Shown here one piece after another: positions 18,449 through 25,511 of a DNA stretch of 27,965 nt. This DNA comes from Candidatus Hadarchaeales archaeon (GTDB lineage: Archaea > Hadarchaeota > Hadarchaeia > Hadarchaeales > Hadarchaeaceae). The first letter of the stretch is position 1. Every line of letters begins with the position of its first letter. Where the stretch lies: the NCBI GenBank assembly GCA_038872135.1, contig JAVZGN010000013.1:1-27965 (forward strand). The letters are read 5' to 3'. A model generated the notes under the pieces. It was not told where the DNA came from. It made no database searches and saw only the letters and a program-made list of their open reading frames with translations. Both the position numbers and the translations under genes were made by a program.

Positions 18449-18739
18449 TCACTTCTTTCTTTTGAGGCCTTCTATTATCCGCCTGTGCTTTTCGAGAGAT
18501 TTCTTGAATGCTGCTGAAGCATCCTTGTCCAGCCAGTTCATGTAAGCGAGGCAGCACAGGATCACATCTGCGATATCTTCGTCGATGCGTTCAGCATATC
18601 TCCCTCCGTGGATGTAGGAGTGAGCAACCTGCCCGAGCTGCTCCAAGATAACGCTGTGGTAAAAGGTGGATGTTTTCACCCATTTCTTGTGATAGTCCCC
18701 GGAAATTTTTCTAACGGCCTCTTGGGCTTTCTCAAGCAT
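18449..18739 (-). CDS. MazG-like all-alpha NTP pyrophosphohydrolase domain protein
   Basis: GGAGGTGG RBS before ATG 18739; ILEQLGQVA...IDEDIADVILCCLAYMNWLDKDASAAFKKSLEK. Confidence 0.65.
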   Translation of the reverse strand: MLEKAQEAVRKISGDYHKKWVKTSTFYHSVILEQLGQVAHSYIHGGRYAERIDEDIADVILCCLAYMNWLDKDASAAFKKSLEKHRRIIEGLKRKK

Positions 18740-18849
18740 TTTCCACCTCCAAAGATATTTTGTTGATTCATGCTTTTTACTGCTTGCGGGTGGTGAGGGC
18801 AATTGTATTTAAAACCCATAGGATAACATTTGTGGAAGCAGGTGGTGGG

Positions 18850-19638
18850 ATGGAAGTGGAAATTCTCAGGAAGGATGGAATGGAGATGGAATTCCTACTT
18901 TCCGGCACATCTCCAGCCTTTGCAAACGCCCTTAGAAGGGCGATGATGAGGGAGGTTCCTGTGATGGCTGTGGATGAGGTTGAGTTTAAGAAAAATGACT
19001 CTGCGATGTACGATGAAATCATTGCTCACAGGCTGGCGATGATCCCGCTGACAACTCCCCTCAAGGGATACGTTTTACCTGAGGAGTGCAAGTGCAAGGA
19101 GCGGAGATGTCCCAAGTGTAGCGTTGAGCTGAGATTGAAAGCCGAGGGGCCCGAAACAGTGGTGAGCGGGAGCCTGAAGACATCGGATCCAGAGGTTAAG
19201 CCTGTGAGCGGTTCCATTCCCATAGTGAAGCTGCTGGAGGGACAGAGACTTGAATTGACGGCCGTAGCGAGACTTGGCTTCGGGAAGGTCCATGCCAAAT
19301 GGGAGCCGGGAATCATCACATACAAGTACGTGCCGGTCGTGGAAATTGATGTGAAAAAATGCGACGCGTGTGGAAGATGCGTGGAGGTCTGTCCAAAACA
19401 TGTTCTGAGGAAAGGGGAGGAAAAAATAGTTGTGGAGAATTTATATTCCTGCAGCCTCTGCAAGAGCTGCGTTGAATCATGCCCCAAGGAGGCGATATCA
19501 GTCTCCGGCGATCCAACGAGGTTTATCTTCTTTATTGAATCATCTGGGACTCTCCCGCCTGAAGAGATAGTCCTGCGGGCAGCAGAGGCACTGAAAGGGA
19601 AATTTGAGGATTTTGCCAAAGCTGTGAAGAAGCTCTGA
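18850..19638 (+). CDS. rpoD: DNA-directed RNA polymerase subunit D (Rpo3) with ferredoxin-like domain
   Basis: FANALRRAMMREVPVMAVDEV, DEIIAHRLAMIPL, HAKW and ESSGTL; GGTGG RBS before ATG 18850. Confidence 0.96.
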   Translation: MEVEILRKDGMEMEFLLSGTSPAFANALRRAMMREVPVMAVDEVEFKKNDSAMYDEIIAHRLAMIPLTTPLKGYVLPEECKCKERRCPKCSVELRLKAEGPETVVSGSLKTSDPEVKPVSGSIPIVKLLEGQRLELTAVARLGFGKVHAKWEPGIITYKYVPVVEIDVKKCDACGRCVEVCPKHVLRKGEEKIVVENLYSCSLCKSCVESCPKEAISVSGDPTRFIFFIESSGTLPPEEIVLRAAEALKGKFEDFAKAVKKL

Positions 19639-19678
19639 CATTAGCGTTTTATTCTCTCCCGATAATTCCTTCTTGACT

Positions 19679-19766
19679 GCGGGGGTGGCCGAGCCAGGTC
19701 AAAGGTGCCAGCCTGAGGCGCTGGTCCCATAGGGGTTCGGGGGTTCAAATCCCCTCCCCCGCACCA
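19679..19766 (+). tRNA. tRNA-Leu(GAG), CCA encoded, long variable arm
   Basis: Acceptor stem GCGGGGG/CCCCCGC-A-CCA; anticodon arm CCAGC-CTGAGGC-GCTGG; T-loop GGTTCAAATCC. Confidence 0.96.
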
Positions 19767-20186
19767 GTTTGCCATTGGCAGAAAAACAACCAAGCAAGGG
19801 CGACAAATGCCATTTAATCCTTCCTGAAAACTGTTTCGAGCAGGGCTAGCGTGGTCATTGGATGAAATTTGAACCGAAGCTGGCCCGCGCCTGTTTCGCC
19901 GGGTTTGCCACTGAACTTCTCCCAAAACCTGGAAATTCTTCCCTGCCACCGTGAGGGCCCCTATAGAAACCACCACGAGAAAACTCCCATTCAAAGCAGA
20001 GGCAAAGCTTGCCGAAAACTTTCTGCGAGGACCGCTTCAGCCTCTGGTGTACTCGGATAAACCACCGCCTGCGTCGGCTCCAAGAGGCTCGCCCCACTTG
20101 AAGTAGTGCATGGACTCGTAACGGTGCTTCTAGTAGAAAGTGCGTGAATTTGTCATGCACCAAGGCAAATTAAGGGAAAAACACGC

Positions 20187-20286
20187 ATGTTAGAAATCTT
20201 GGACGAGTGGAATCTATGGAACAGAACTTGGAGATCGCAGAGGAAATCCACTGAGAATATCTCAGTCTCGCAGAAAGCGGTGTGAA
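20187..20286 (+). pseudogene. Possible N-terminal remnant of an AAA_14/DUF4143-type ATPase
   Basis: MLEILDEWNLWNR, then in another frame NLEIAEEIH*EYLSLAE; resembles the 'EILxxWNxW...RExYL' N-termini of these ATPases. Confidence 0.3.
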
Positions 20287-20321
20287 CCCTTTCGCAACCA
20301 AACTCGGATGGTAAAGAATCT

Positions 20322-20900
20322 TCACTTCTCCCCGGGACAAAACTCGTGCGGCGGTGCCCTCCGGGTCAGCATCTCCGGAATCTCCTCTCCCCTGCGAAGG
20401 CGCTCCAGAAGCTCTCTCTCCTCCGGCTCCCTGACCTTCCGTTCAAGGTACCCCCAGTCTATTTTAGCGGCGTTGATTTCCAGCAGGGCCCTTAAGTCGT
20501 AAATGTCCTTCCCCCGGCGAAACCGCAGCTTAAATACGATCAAATCTTCGAGCGAGACAAAAGGAATCTTTTTCCCGTGATACTCTATTTGCTTTACCCG
20601 TTCGAACACCTCACGATCATCTTCCCTGATTAAATCCACACCAAAACATTCTGATGTTTTCAGCGTTGCGATTCCAAGCTTGTGGAAGTCCTCTCCCCTA
20701 AGGATAAACCCACCCTTCACGAACTCCTTAATGACATTTTCCCACTCTTCTTCGCTTACGTGAACCACAATATCCACATCTGCTGTAACGCGGATGTGTC
20801 CATACACTGCACCAGCAATCATCCCGCTCACTGCATGTTTTACTCCAAGCTTGTCGAGTGTCTCAATCGCTCTGAAAGTGGTACGCTCCGCTACGCCCAC
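20322..20900 (-). CDS. Nucleotidyltransferase, DUF6036/AbiEii-AbiGii-like putative toxin
   Basis: HAVSGMIAGAVYGHIRVTADVDIVV, VSLEDLIVFKL, RGKDIYDL and IDWGYL; GTG start immediately after upstream TGA, GGAAGTGG RBS. Confidence 0.8.
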   Translation of the reverse strand: MGVAERTTFRAIETLDKLGVKHAVSGMIAGAVYGHIRVTADVDIVVHVSEEEWENVIKEFVKGGFILRGEDFHKLGIATLKTSECFGVDLIREDDREVFERVKQIEYHGKKIPFVSLEDLIVFKLRFRRGKDIYDLRALLEINAAKIDWGYLERKVREPEERELLERLRRGEEIPEMLTRRAPPHEFCPGEK

Positions 20901-21233
20901 TCACACCACTTCCTGTTTGCGGGCTGCGTCCCTGATGCTGTAAAGAGTATCAAAAGTCTCGAATACAAATTTCAGTCGGTCGGACATCTCTAAATCGCCG
21001 GCTGAGTTACTTTTCTCCAGCTTCCATACCATTGACATCCCCTTCCTCGTGCTGGATATGACTCCCACTTTCGAAAGTCTACTCATGAGGTTGAGGAGCT
21101 TGCGAGCGGTCTTCCAGTCGACTCCGGCTCGCTTTGCTATCTCCCGGGTGGTGAGAGGTCGCTCCGCGCTCAGCAATGTTCTGGTCAGCCTTTCAACAAC
21201 CACTTCCAAGCTCCGTCTGGGCATTGTTCCCAT
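20901..21233 (-). CDS. Winged-HTH protein, putative antitoxin/regulator
   Basis: PLTTREIAKRAGVDWKTARKLLNLM HTH plus wing; stop abuts the NTase start. Confidence 0.8.
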   Translation of the reverse strand: MGTMPRRSLEVVVERLTRTLLSAERPLTTREIAKRAGVDWKTARKLLNLMSRLSKVGVISSTRKGMSMVWKLEKSNSAGDLEMSDRLKFVFETFDTLYSIRDAARKQEVV

Positions 21234-21249
21234 ATTTCACTTAGAGTTC

Positions 21250-21322
21250 TGGACATATAACCTTAATTATGGTCTAAATTGTGGATATATAACCCCAATT
21301 TAGGAGGTTTCTCAATTATGGT
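21250..21322. promoter_or_regulatory. Direct repeats upstream of the wHTH-NTase operon
   Basis: TGGACATATAACC (21250-21262) and TGGATATATAACC (21282-21294); AATTATGGT at 21265-21273 and 21314-21322. Confidence 0.45.
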
Positions 21323-21371
21323 GCAATTACTGCGGACCTGACGGGAACCGCGACCTAACTCACGGCGAAAG

Positions 21372-21787
21372 GTGTGGCCGAGTCCTCCCGAGAGCTTCAC
21401 CGTTGAATCAAGAAGAGAACTTTTGAGAAGGTGCGTGGAAGGCGACCTGGGAGCGATCATTGAGATTTGGGCCGGGGGCTGGAAGGTGGAGGACCAGCTC
21501 AGGTTCTGGGAAAATCAGGAAGCGAGTAACGATAAACAGACACGCTGGATCCGACGGCCGAAGACATCTCGGAGTACCTAGACATGTTCGGGAAAAGCAG
21601 GTTCCAGGTTCTGGTTTCCGATAAAGTTCTCGGTACATGCAGTCATCAGCTCAATGCCCTGACATGGCCCGACATGATCTCGCTCACGTCCCCCGCGCTT
21701 CTCATGGGTGATCTGGGGGAGAGTTTACCTGCTCTGGCTAGGGGTGATGGAAATGCGAGCTCTCGGCCTCTTTATCCGGGAGTCTAG
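21372..21787 (+). pseudogene. Probable degraded gene of unknown function
   Basis: Two short consecutive + strand ORFs with protein-like reading across frames (GAIIEIWAGGWKVEDQLRFW / TLDPTAEDISEYLDMFGKSRFQVLVSDK). Confidence 0.25.
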
Positions 21788-21876
21788 AATTCCGTTTCAA
21801 TTTTTGTTTATCCCGCCTGAAAATCCTCAGAAAAGTGTGTATTTGGAGATTAAACTGCTGAAAAGGGTGGCAAAAA

Positions 21877-22878
21877 TCAGACGGAGCGCTCGAGGTCCTT
21901 CAAGATGCCTTTTACTTCCCCCTCCACCCAGGAGAAGTATTCCCCCCAGCGATACCTGCACCACGCAAACTCCCTCCTCTTCTCGAAGAGATCGAGGTTC
22001 CTTCTAACGACCGAAAGATTCTTCTCGATCTTTGTGCTGAGCATCTTCACACCTGCAATTTCCCTCCGCCGGTAAAGAACCGCAAAAGATTCGCGGAGTT
22101 TTTTCCCGTCGATGGGCTGCCGGAGGAGTTGCCCAATGTCATAAAAGTCGCACAGAAGGTCGCGAAGCCCTACATCTTCCACACTTTTCGACATCCTTGA
22201 GAACTTCTCCACCAGGCATAGTTCGGGCGGGTAGACGCGTGCCCTCACCGTCTTGGCCGGCCTCAAGACATCCCGAAGGATAGATTTTATCCGCTCTCGC
22301 CTCGTCTCGATGGGTATTTCCGCCAACGATATGGTCGCTCTTACGGAATCGACAAACGGAAGGGACCCAAATGTTTCTCTGAGGCTCAGGATCTCACCTT
22401 TCAGCCTCTCGACCTCCATGCCTTTTTTCCTGAGGTAAGTCGGGAACGATGCACCTATGCTGAGGGTGAGCATGTCCCTCTTCAGCGAAAGCATGTCTAC
22501 AAAAACGTCCTTCCCTACATCTCTTTCAAATTTCCCGAGTTCGATGGTCTTCCTCCCAATCTTGATCAGCTGGGTTCTTCCGGCGCGCCTTATCCTCCTG
22601 TTCAAAATTGCCAGGCTGTAATCTCCCTTCGAGCGAATATCTGCCGAGAGGTCTATGTCCCAGCTGAACCTCGGGCACTCAGAGTAGACGCGTGAGATAA
22701 GGGTTCCGCCCTTTAGCACAACTGGGGTCGGACTGAAAGAACAGATTGCCTCGAGCGTGTCGTAGAAGATGACCTCTCTCTCAACGATGGAAACTGGCAG
22801 GCCGATGGACTTCCCAACCTCTCGGAGCCTGTTGGGCGTGAGGTCTTTTTTCCTCCAGCACTTAACTCCTAAGAACAC
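21877..22878 (-). CDS. AbiEii-type nucleotidyltransferase toxin (type IV TA); start uncertain (22896 TTG, 22878 GTG, or out-of-frame 22861 GTG)
   Basis: IVEREV, VVLKGGTLISRVY, RFSWDIDL, YPPELCLVEK and RDLLCDFYDI are AbiEii-type motifs. Confidence 0.82.
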   Translation of the reverse strand: MFLGVKCWRKKDLTPNRLREVGKSIGLPVSIVEREVIFYDTLEAICSFSPTPVVLKGGTLISRVYSECPRFSWDIDLSADIRSKGDYSLAILNRRIRRAGRTQLIKIGRKTIELGKFERDVGKDVFVDMLSLKRDMLTLSIGASFPTYLRKKGMEVERLKGEILSLRETFGSLPFVDSVRATISLAEIPIETRRERIKSILRDVLRPAKTVRARVYPPELCLVEKFSRMSKSVEDVGLRDLLCDFYDIGQLLRQPIDGKKLRESFAVLYRRREIAGVKMLSTKIEKNLSVVRRNLDLFEKRREFAWCRYRWGEYFSWVEGEVKGILKDLERSV

Positions 22879-23689
22879 GTTCGATGGCCTCCTCAACTTT
22901 TATCCCTAGACTTTTTTCAAGCCCCCTTCTGGCCCTCAAACCTTTCAAATCCCAGCTTGCCCCCGTGGCGCGAGTAATTATTTCCATGACCCCTGTTAGC
23001 CTCTCCTCCACCTTTGGTCCCTTCTCTTTCGCGTATCTTTTGAGAAGCTCCGTGTCCAGGGGTTGCTCCAGCAAACAGTAAATGGCGTAAGAGATGTTCT
23101 CCCCCTCCCATCTTGGCTTCCATAAGGCATCTACCACAGCCTTTTCAAGCGTGGCCAAGTTCGTGTTCACTACTCTGCCTTCGAAATACACCTCACCCTC
23201 ACTGAAGTCGGCAGGCCGTATCTTCTCCTCCAGCAGAAGGATGTTATAGGAGGGAAAGAAACTCAGGATGGCGCCTCTCGATTTGGAAACTTTTCTATCA
23301 CAAATGATCATGAGAGAGTTCGTGGAAGCTGTGAAATCTCTGGCCAAGCCTCTCAGAATGATGGCCGAGGTACCTGAGACATAGTATGAACCGAGCCCGG
23401 ACAAGAGGTCAAAGACGGTGGCCCCGGCTTCTTTGACCATCTTCTTCTCCAGCTCGAAGATTTCTCTCATCGCCTTGGAAAGAGGGGATTCTTTAACCGC
23501 ATACTTTTTGGTCGACGAGTTGTAATCTACCACCACATCGAGTAAATCCCTGATTTCCTTGAAAGCAGTTGAAGTCGAAAGTCCAGACATCCTGGCGAGT
23601 TCGTTAAGCGAAAAACTCTCTTTTCCTCCTGTGAGCATTGAACGGAGGAGCGAAATCTTGCCTGATGTTCCCAGAATTTTCTCCAGCAT
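22862..23689 (-). CDS. wHTH + AbiEi-like C-terminal domain, putative type IV antitoxin
   Basis: N-terminal FSLNELARMSGLSTSTAFKEI HTH; YYVSGTSA and ATLEKAVVDAL resemble AbiEi CTD motifs; directly upstream of AbiEii. Confidence 0.78.
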   Translation of the reverse strand: MLEKILGTSGKISLLRSMLTGGKESFSLNELARMSGLSTSTAFKEIRDLLDVVVDYNSSTKKYAVKESPLSKAMREIFELEKKMVKEAGATVFDLLSGLGSYYVSGTSAIILRGLARDFTASTNSLMIICDRKVSKSRGAILSFFPSYNILLLEEKIRPADFSEGEVYFEGRVVNTNLATLEKAVVDALWKPRWEGENISYAIYCLLEQPLDTELLKRYAKEKGPKVEERLTGVMEIITRATGASWDLKGLRARRGLEKSLGIKVEEAIERVLRS

Positions 23690-23704
23690 ATTTCTCTGTT
23701 ATTC

Positions 23705-23742
23705 ATTCGTTTAAGCGAATATAAATATTTGCTTTTACGAAT
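23705..23742. promoter_or_regulatory. 38-bp imperfect palindrome (two 16-bp inverted half-sites) over the AbiEi promoter
   Basis: ATTCGTTTAAGCGAAT-ATAAAT-ATTTGCTTTTACGAAT; 16-53 nt upstream of the ATG at 23689 and centred on an AT-rich TATA-like core. Confidence 0.7.
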
Positions 23743-23828
23743 AAAAGGACAAACTGTTTCTCATGTAGCCTCTGATCGCCTAGCGAAGATCCATCGGCGC
23801 CTCCGGGCTTTGGGACAAAATTCAATGA

Positions 23829-24026
23829 TCATCTTTTCAAGATGATCACGTAAGCCCTTTTGCCGATGTATCTTTTAGGAGCATCAACCTTTGCGCTGTT
23901 TCCTATGGGTGTGACCCTTTTTTCGTAGAAAACTTCTACTTCATCCGTTAGGATGATGCGGCCCTCAAGTATCTCGATTTTCCTTCCCCGGCCCCCGCCG
24001 AGAACTCGCTGTTTTAGCTTGGGCAT
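23829..24026 (-). CDS. DUF2080 family (AbrB-like, transposon-associated) protein
   Basis: EVEVFYEKRVTPIGNSAKVDAPKRYIGKRAYVII. Confidence 0.85.
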   Translation of the reverse strand: MPKLKQRVLGGGRGRKIEILEGRIILTDEVEVFYEKRVTPIGNSAKVDAPKRYIGKRAYVIILKR

Positions 24027-24035
24027 GTTCTCATT

Positions 24036-24055
24036 AGGTTATCCATGGATAGCCT
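24036..24055. promoter_or_regulatory. 20-bp near-perfect palindrome upstream of the DUF2080 gene
   Basis: AGGTTATCCATGGATAGCCT (one mismatched pair), between a minus-strand TATTTAAG box and the start codon. Confidence 0.65.
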
Positions 24056-24073
24056 TAAATACCTTTCGGTATA

Positions 24074-24381
24074 ATGATGTGTGATGCAGATAACCAAGAA
24101 ATTCACCAAGCGACTCCTCGAGGTGCTTGACGAGCTCAGGGAGGAAATGCGCCAAGATGCGGATTGTTGATGTGGCCCAGAGGTTCATCAAGGTTTGTCG
24201 GCCTTACTTTCCGCCCAAAGAAGCTGTCGATGCCTTGCTCGCAGCAACCTGTCTGCAAGAGGGAGCCGTTTTGATAACAAACGACAGGCACTTCGACAAA
24301 ATAAATAGAGAGGGAATAATCGAGGTGTGGAGCACTTCCGAAGCCATCAGAAAAATATTGAAATCTAATGTTAGGGCCTGA
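24074..24381 (+). pseudogene. N-terminally truncated/frameshifted PIN-domain (VapC-like) gene
   Basis: EAVDALLAATCLQEGAVLITNDRHFDKI is the PIN C-terminal half; no N-terminal 'hhDTN' motif upstream; KRLLEVLDELR lies in another frame. Confidence 0.65.
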
Positions 24382-24425
24382 GCATATCACTCAGACAGTG
24401 CTCCCAAAATAAGATTCCATAAAAT

Positions 24426-24812
24426 CTATTCTTTCTTTTTCACCCTGACCAGCTTCTCTATCTTCCTGAGCCTTTTTGTTCTATCCCCCAGCTTGCCGCT
24501 CACACGAAAAACGGCTTTCGCCCTCCTTTCGGCGACGGCCTCCTTCCTCTCGAGTTCTGCCTCACGCTGCTCAAGCTCCTTGAGATATCTCGCCACCGTC
24601 ACTCGCATGTATGCCCCAAATCCCAGTAGCAGTACTCCAACAATAATTCCAAATAAACTGAGAAGATAGTTGTTGAGCCACGGGAAATTGAGCCAGCTCT
24701 GGTTTGGTGTGATGCCAAGGTAGGTGAGGAGTAGAAAAACTATTCCCAGCGCAAATATCACCGCTCCGACGCCAAGACTTGTTGTCCCCATCGAGCGTCT
24801 TGTGACCATCAA
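24426..24812 (-). CDS. Hypothetical membrane protein (2 TM + basic coiled coil)
   Basis: Two hydrophobic helices followed by LKELEQREAELERKEAVAERRAK; GGAG...AGGT upstream. Confidence 0.7.
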   Translation of the reverse strand: MMVTRRSMGTTSLGVGAVIFALGIVFLLLTYLGITPNQSWLNFPWLNNYLLSLFGIIVGVLLLGFGAYMRVTVARYLKELEQREAELERKEAVAERRAKAVFRVSGKLGDRTKRLRKIEKLVRVKKKE

Positions 24813-24889
24813 ATAACCTGGACACGCTCCTTTTTAGCCTCTATCGTTTTTAAAACGCACAAACCCAAAAATTAGGACTTCCAACCGCC

Positions 24890-25510
24890 TCAGGATTGCG
24901 CGGAGACCATGATCGACTTCAGCCTCTCAAACCCGAGATCAAAAGCCTTCAGATTAACATCGATGGTCTTTGGCGGAACATTCTCCTTAACAGCTTCTTT
25001 GAGAGCTTCAACGGAAAACGGAAGCATCCCTGTGGCCGCCAGCGCCCCGAGCATTGCGCTGTTCATCGCCCTCACATTTCCCGCCTGCTGAGCAATTGCC
25101 GTGCCGTCTAGTTCAATTACCCTGCCACCGAGTTTCTTCACCCCTTCCTTTATCTCCTCCATCGTCGGATACCTGGCCCTCCCGATGTTAACGTCCACTG
25201 GTAGCCATGGGTGAACATTTGTTATCAAAAGTCCTCCATTCTTGAGAAAATTAACAGCTGTCCTGAGACCCTCCAAAGGCTCCAGCGCCAGGATGACATC
25301 CGCCCCTCCTTTTGGAACGAGGGGCGATGCCACCTCCTTCCCAATCCTCACATGGCTGGCCACGGCACCTCCCCTCATGGCCGCTCCAAATGTTTCGCCG
25401 ACCCTCGCCCTGAGCCCTTCTTTGATCGCCGCCATCGCAATTATGTGGGATGCCAGAATGCTTCCCTGACCGCCAACTCCCGCAACTATCAGGTTTATCT
25501 CTTCGGCCAT
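24890..25510 (-). CDS. iorB: Indolepyruvate:ferredoxin oxidoreductase subunit beta
   Basis: IVAGVGGQGSILAS, ETFGAAMRGGAVASHVRIG, ALEPLEGLR and NLKAFDLG. Confidence 0.92.
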   Translation of the reverse strand: MAEEINLIVAGVGGQGSILASHIIAMAAIKEGLRARVGETFGAAMRGGAVASHVRIGKEVASPLVPKGGADVILALEPLEGLRTAVNFLKNGGLLITNVHPWLPVDVNIGRARYPTMEEIKEGVKKLGGRVIELDGTAIAQQAGNVRAMNSAMLGALAATGMLPFSVEALKEAVKENVPPKTIDVNLKAFDLGFERLKSIMVSAQS

Positions 25511-25511
25511 C

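Larger units (their letters stand above)
19767..24420. mobile_element. Putative accessory TA/defence islet at the tRNA-Leu 3' end (boundaries approximate)
   Basis: Drop in coding density, gene fragments, TA-type genes and DUF2080 immediately after the tRNA; no integrase or attR seen. Confidence 0.55.

Noticed and set aside
17337..18545. 402-aa + strand ORF
   Set aside because: Shadow ORF antisense to the CoA-transferase A subunit; no recognisable motifs
19855..20163. 102-aa minus-strand ORF after the tRNA
   Set aside because: No RBS or motif and atypical composition; treated as debris
19767..24890. attR duplicate of the tRNA 3' end, or an integrase
   Set aside because: None found by eye, so the islet is not called an intact integrative element
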